A DNA stretch of 37,011 nt from Eubacteriales bacterium (GTDB taxonomy: Bacteria; Bacillota; Clostridia; Oscillospirales; CAG-272): contig JAZOOM010000106.1 of the NCBI GenBank assembly GCA_045655025.1, forward strand, positions 1-37,011. Direction: 5' to 3'. Position numbers and translations under genes: made by a program. Shown here one piece after another: positions 32,733-37,011 of the stretch. How positions within the stretch are numbered: position 1 is the stretch's first letter; each line of letters starts with the position of its first letter. The notes under the pieces were generated by a model, which was not told the DNA's origin, ran no database searches, and saw only the letters and a program-made list of their open reading frames with translations.

Positions 32733-35300
32733 TCAATTCCTCAGCAGGATCTCGTGAGTACCCGAGCCCATTTTCAATACCAAGTTGCCCTTGCGGAAGT
32801 AGCCTACAGAGCCGGCGGGAACGGTGATGGTATAGGTGGTCTTGTCTTCCTCCCGCAGGAAAGCAACCTTGATCTCACCGTAGGGGGAGATATGGCTGAC
32901 GGTGGCAGAAGGAATGGCGGTGTAGTCGCAGGGACAAACCTCAAAGGTAGCAAAGCCGGGTTCCATGGGTTGGATACCTGCCACGTGGGCGTAGAGGAAG
33001 TAGGCAAAGCCCGAGTGCATGGGGTGGTTGTAGGAGGCGGTGCCGACCTCACGGGGCATACCGATGCCCTTATGCTCCAGGCACTCCCACAGGGAGGTTG
33101 CGCCGTCGTCCAGCATAGTACCGAAGCTGAAGTGGTCACGGTTGAACATGTACTTCAGAGCCACGTCACCGTAGCCGGCCTCGGACAGAGCGGGAATGAG
33201 GTACTTGTTGCCGTAGATGCCCGTGGACATGGCGTAGTCGTCTTCCTCCATAAGCTTCAGAAGAGCTTCCAGCAGGGCGTCGCGCTCACCGTCGGGGTAC
33301 AGACCCGTCTTCAGAGCCACGCCGCAGGTGCCCCAGGTGGAGTAGCGGTGCTCCTCCGGGATCCAGAAGTGGCGGTTGAAGGCCTCCTTAATGTTGGCGG
33401 CCAGCTCTGCGTAATCCAGCTTGGTGGGAAGTCCCAGCTCGCGGGACAGTTCATCCATCAGACAGGCGGTCTCGTAGAACATGGCGGTGGAGGACTCGGG
33501 CACGGGAATGCGGCGCTCGTGGTGGTTGCCCAAAGGAGGACACCAGTCGCCGAGGCCCCGGGAAATGATCAGCTCGTCCTCGTACTGGGACTTGTCGTTT
33601 CTCGCGTCGTTGATCTCGTGCTGCATCCACTTCTCCATCTGATCCCAGTGAGAGCGGACGATGGCATCGTTGCCGTAGTAGCGGTACATCCAGTAGGGCA
33701 TGATGACGTTGGCACAGCCCCACAGGGGAGAAGCCTCCCCACAGCCGCGCTTACCGGGGGCGATCATCTGCCATACGCCGTAGACCTCATCCTCGGTGCG
33801 GAAATCGTGGATATACTTCTCGTAGGAGGCCTCCATATCGTAGTTCATGATACCCGTGTTGCACACCACCTGGGCGTCACCCAGCCAGCCGCACTTCTCG
33901 CGGCCGGGGCAATCCTCGGGGAAGCCGTGGTAGTTGGAGCGGAAGGTGGACATCATGATGGTCTGCAAATGATTCAGATCCTCATAGGCGCACGTAAAAC
34001 TGCCCGCCCGGGTCAGATCGGTGGACATGACGTGGCACACGCCGATGGTCAGCTCGGGGTTGGAGCCGTAGGCACGGAGATCGTGGTAGCCCGTGATCTC
34101 CATGTAGCGGAAGGCGTGATAGGTGAAGCGGGGTCTCCAGGTCTCACCGTGAGCGTCACCGCGGGCAATGTACACGTCTTGCTGGATGCACTGGGTGGCG
34201 AAGGAGCCGATGGAGCGGAAGTCCAGGGTGCCGTCGGGGTTAGTGGTCTCGGCAAAGCGGAGGGTCACCTGCGCGCCGCGGGGAGAGTTGGGGATGTGGA
34301 TCTCCACCATACCCGCCACGTTCTCACCGAAGTCCACAATCCACGCGCCGTCGTCCTTGCCGCTGGCCTGCTTGACCGACAGAGCGGGGAGGGTGCGGAT
34401 GATACGGACGGGGGGCATCATGCAGAGCTTCAGCTCGCCGCGAGGGGTGGTGTCCTCGATCACGGAGCCCCACTCCTCCTCGTCGCCGTCGTAATCGGCA
34501 AAATCGGGAGTTTCCAGACGGCAGTCGTAGGTCTCGCCGCCGTAGAGGTTGTTGAGGGAGATGGGACTGTACTTGTACTTCCAGTCGGCGGTGTTGGTGG
34601 CAATCGTCTGCTTCTCGCCGTTCTCATAGGTGATCTCCAGCTGAGCCAGCAGGCACACGTCACCGTACTTGAAGCCCTTGCTTCCCCAAACGCGGGACTG
34701 GGAGTACCAGCCCTCGCCCAGAAGAGCGGTGAAGGCGTTCTTCTCGGCAAGGAAGGAGGTCACGTCATAGATGCGGTAGAAGACTTCCTTCTCGTAGTTG
34801 GTGAAGGGAGGATCAATCATGTCCTCGGTGATCTTCTGCCCGTTGATGTAGTACTCGCCGCAGCCCAGACCGCAGACGAAGAGCTTGGCGGCCTTGATAC
34901 CGTCCTTGGCCTCGAACTTGGTGCGCAGATAGGGTGCCCAGCCCTCGATATGTTTTTTGGGCTTGATCCATACGCCCTCCCACTCGTCGGGGGCGATGGC
35001 GGTGAAGAACTCCACCGAAGCGGTGGCGGTCTCGCCGTGGTTGTCGGTGACGGTGACGGTCAGGGTGTAGTCGGAGCGGGTGTCCAGCACAGCCTCCACG
35101 GGGACGTGAACAGACTTGGTGCTTCCCTCCCCCACCCAAGAGGGGGCATCACACCCAACCTTGGTGATGGCAGCCTTGTAGGCAACCTGCAAAACGTCCA
35201 CGTTGTCGGAATCCAGCTTCCAACCGATATACAGATCCTTGCAGGGGGCGTATGCGGGGTTCTTTACGGCGTTGATGGAGAGGTCGTAGAGCTTCAGCAT
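32733..35300 (-). CDS. Alpha-L-rhamnosidase (GH78)
   Basis: 855 aa. EDCPGREKCGWLGDAQV and RGLGDWCPP are GH78 catalytic-domain hallmarks. The N-terminus DLSINAVKNP...IGWKL is typical of bacterial rhamnosidases. Confidence 0.88.
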   Translation of the reverse strand: MLKLYDLSINAVKNPAYAPCKDLYIGWKLDSDNVDVLQVAYKAAITKVGCDAPSWVGEGSTKSVHVPVEAVLDTRSDYTLTVTVTDNHGETATASVEFFTAIAPDEWEGVWIKPKKHIEGWAPYLRTKFEAKDGIKAAKLFVCGLGCGEYYINGQKITEDMIDPPFTNYEKEVFYRIYDVTSFLAEKNAFTALLGEGWYSQSRVWGSKGFKYGDVCLLAQLEITYENGEKQTIATNTADWKYKYSPISLNNLYGGETYDCRLETPDFADYDGDEEEWGSVIEDTTPRGELKLCMMPPVRIIRTLPALSVKQASGKDDGAWIVDFGENVAGMVEIHIPNSPRGAQVTLRFAETTNPDGTLDFRSIGSFATQCIQQDVYIARGDAHGETWRPRFTYHAFRYMEITGYHDLRAYGSNPELTIGVCHVMSTDLTRAGSFTCAYEDLNHLQTIMMSTFRSNYHGFPEDCPGREKCGWLGDAQVVCNTGIMNYDMEASYEKYIHDFRTEDEVYGVWQMIAPGKRGCGEASPLWGCANVIMPYWMYRYYGNDAIVRSHWDQMEKWMQHEINDARNDKSQYEDELIISRGLGDWCPPLGNHHERRIPVPESSTAMFYETACLMDELSRELGLPTKLDYAELAANIKEAFNRHFWIPEEHRYSTWGTCGVALKTGLYPDGERDALLEALLKLMEEDDYAMSTGIYGNKYLIPALSEAGYGDVALKYMFNRDHFSFGTMLDDGATSLWECLEHKGIGMPREVGTASYNHPMHSGFAYFLYAHVAGIQPMEPGFATFEVCPCDYTAIPSATVSHISPYGEIKVAFLREEDKTTYTITVPAGSVGYFRKGNLVLKMGSGTHEILLRN

Positions 35301-35363
35301 AGCGTTGTTTTCCTTTCAGAAAAGAATTTCATGGGGGATTTAAATTTATGTCGGGGAGGACAC

Positions 35364-35585
35364 GCGCCCGTAAGGGCGCATATCGAGCCGCCTTGGCGGC
35401 ATATCGAACCGCAAAGGCTTAGGCCGAGCGGTATATCGAGCACCCGAATGGGTGCATATCGACAAAAAAGCGCTTAATCGGTCGATATACGCCTTGCGGC
35501 GTTCGATATGTGCGTCGTTTCCCGCCGCACTCGATATTCCGCTCGGGCTTTGCCCGAGACGGATCGATATGCCCCCTTCGGGGGC
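35364..35585. repeat. Mirror-symmetric array of eight variable GC hairpins, each abutting the heptamer ATATCGA / TCGATAT
   Basis: ATATCGA is at 35380, 35401, 35433 and 35456. TCGATAT is at 35482, 35503, 35531 and 35564. Each copy abuts a different stem-loop, for example GCGCCC-GTAA-GGGCGC, GCCGCC-TT-GGCGGC, GCACCC-GAAT-GGGTGC and GCCCCC-TTC-GGGGGC. Confidence 0.85.
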
Positions 35586-35618
35586 GTGACGGGCTCCGCC
35601 AGCTAAACCGCAATTTAC

Positions 35619-37011
35619 TTAATTTTCGCCCTTAACGGTGACCACGCGGCAATCGCCGGTGTAGCCCGTAGAGGTGATGTACTGGGGCACTCCGTTGGGG
35701 AACACGTCCTCGTGGTTGAAGTGGACGTGGCCTGCAAAGACAGCCACCACGGGGGTATCCTCAGCCACGCAAACGGCGTTGTAGAACCGCTGCACCGATC
35801 CCCAATCGCTGCCCATGGCACCGGGGCCCATGGTGATGTTGCGGTTGCCCCAAGCCTTACGGACGTCGGGCTCCAAGGTGTCAGCGTGAAGCGGAACGTG
35901 GAGAAGCAGAATGATGGGCTTGCCGCGCTCGCAGAGTGCCATGAACTTGTTCACGGTGTCATCGGTGACCACGTCGGAGCTGTTATCCACAGCGACCACG
36001 ATGAATTCATCGTATTCTACGTAGGAGAGGTATGGGTCGCCGCCCGTCAGGTCGTTGAACAGGGGGCGGTTGACGGTGACGGAGTTACCCGTCATGTAGT
36101 CGTCGGAGTAGTTCCAGTCGTGGTTGCCCAGACAGAAGATGGACTTGCCGGTGAAGCGGCCCACGTTCTCGTAGAGCAGAGCGATGTTCTTCTCCGAGGG
36201 GAAGTCGATGAGGTCGCCCGTGAGGAACATACCGTCGGCTTTGATCTCATTGGCGTAGTCAAAGAGCAGGGGGAAGCGCTCCTCGGCGTACAGACCGTCT
36301 GCCATGAAGGAATTGCGGCGGGCGGTGTTGTACTGGATACGGGTAGCCGTCCACTTCTTCTGATCGGCATCCGAGAAGGCGGAAACGTGGCTGTCGGTGA
36401 CGTGGAGGAACTTGTATTCCTTGGTCAGACCCGGGATGACCACGGTAGCGGTGGAGGGCTTGAGCAGATCGGTGCCCATGGTTTGCAGAGCGGTGACCTT
36501 ATCCTTCACGAAGGCGATGGACTTGATATACACCGTCTCCCCCGCGGCGGCGGGCTTATCCAGAAAGTCGAAGCGGAGCTCGGTAAGGGTGCCGTCGTAG
36601 GCCTCGGTCACCAGAGGAAGCAGGACGTACTGCCAGCCCTTTTCGGCCTTCTTGAAGGTGCCCTCGGTGCGGACGGTCTTGGACTTTTCACCCGATTTGT
36701 TGTAGGCGGCCATTTCCACCTTGGTGTTGGTGGCGCTCTCCACCTTCATCAGCACCAGGGCCACACCGCAGTCGTTCCAGACCACGGGATCCAGCCCGGC
36801 GGCGGCCATGTAGGCGGCGTAGTCGATCTTGATATAGGGGTCACCGATGCGCTTGGTATCGGCCACGGTCAGCTTCAGTACGCTTCCCTGCTCTCCGTCC
36901 TGCACCACCGCGAACTCGGCCGCGGAATTGGGCTCGATGAAAGTGGCGTTGAGGGGGGTATCGCAGAAGGTCAGTACGGCGGCGTCGGTAGGAAGTCGGA
37001 GGCCAAGCGGT
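35619..37011 (-). CDS. Calcineurin-like metallophosphoesterase with N-terminal non-catalytic domain (5' end outside the window)
   Basis: MPE motifs HVTDSHV, GDLIDF, GNHDW, LLLHVPL and GHVHFNH. The frame stays open upstream of the track's GTG at 36908 to the window end (...LTFCDTPLNATFIEPNSAAEFAVV...), so the CDS is partial. Confidence 0.8.
   Translation of the reverse strand, partial: PLGLRLPTDAAVLTFCDTPLNATFIEPNSAAEFAVVQDGEQGSVLKLTVADTKRIGDPYIKIDYAAYMAAAGLDPVVWNDCGVALVLMKVESATNTKVEMAAYNKSGEKSKTVRTEGTFKKAEKGWQYVLLPLVTEAYDGTLTELRFDFLDKPAAAGETVYIKSIAFVKDKVTALQTMGTDLLKPSTATVVIPGLTKEYKFLHVTDSHVSAFSDADQKKWTATRIQYNTARRNSFMADGLYAEERFPLLFDYANEIKADGMFLTGDLIDFPSEKNIALLYENVGRFTGKSIFCLGNHDWNYSDDYMTGNSVTVNRPLFNDLTGGDPYLSYVEYDEFIVVAVDNSSDVVTDDTVNKFMALCERGKPIILLLHVPLHADTLEPDVRKAWGNRNITMGPGAMGSDWGSVQRFYNAVCVAEDTPVVAVFAGHVHFNHEDVFPNGVPQYITSTGYTGDCRVVTVKGEN

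Noticed and set aside
35364-35585. Possibility that the heptamer array, or the 15-nt ftsY repeat at 3656-3850, is a CRISPR array.
   Set aside because: The repeats are only 7 nt with 14-26 nt intervening hairpins and mirrored orientation. The ftsY repeat is in-frame coding sequence. No cas genes or leader are in the window.
35419-35613. 64-aa ORF inside the hairpin/ATATCGA array.
   Set aside because: It is made entirely of the repeat units, so its periodic HID/NIE/YR residues are translation artefacts. It has no RBS.

Overview
High-GC Firmicutes/Clostridia-type chromosomal segment (taxon is inference), transcribed almost entirely on the minus strand. 1-17.2 kb is a dense block of conserved housekeeping genes: rsfS-yqeK-nadD-yhbY-rdgB, ftsY-smc-rnc-plsX, trmFO-topA-dprA, a SpoU/TrmH RNA methyltransferase, and rplT-rpmI-infC with a structured leader and a non-AUG infC start. 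17.45-19.62 kb holds a monocistronic 722-aa orphan gene with its own consensus promoter. By eye its N-terminal half looks like a PP2C fold with the catalytic Asp positions substituted. 19.8-20.25 kb holds a stand-alone tRNA-Glu(CUC) with promoter and terminator, then about 250 nt of non-coding DNA with convergent terminators. 20.25-37.0 kb is an accessory carbohydrate block: a 1444-aa GH2 beta-galactosidase lipoprotein with a LamG tail, a BNR propeller protein, a TIM-barrel isomerase, AraC, TetR, putP, an SGNH esterase lipoprotein, dut, a GH78 rhamnosidase and a partial metallophosphoesterase. I saw no CRISPR array, transposase, integrase, toxin-antitoxin pair or recognisable defence genes, and I cannot claim a new multi-gene system. 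The most unusual items are (1) a mirror-symmetric array of eight different GC hairpins, each abutting the heptamer ATATCGA/TCGATAT (35364-35585); (2) the 722-aa orphan; (3) a cluster of nested perfect palindromes upstream of tetR (27996-28184). The long plus-strand ORFs in the track are antisense shadow ORFs. The track also counts GTG/TTG as starts, so several ORFs were trimmed to starts supported by a ribosome-binding site (RBS).
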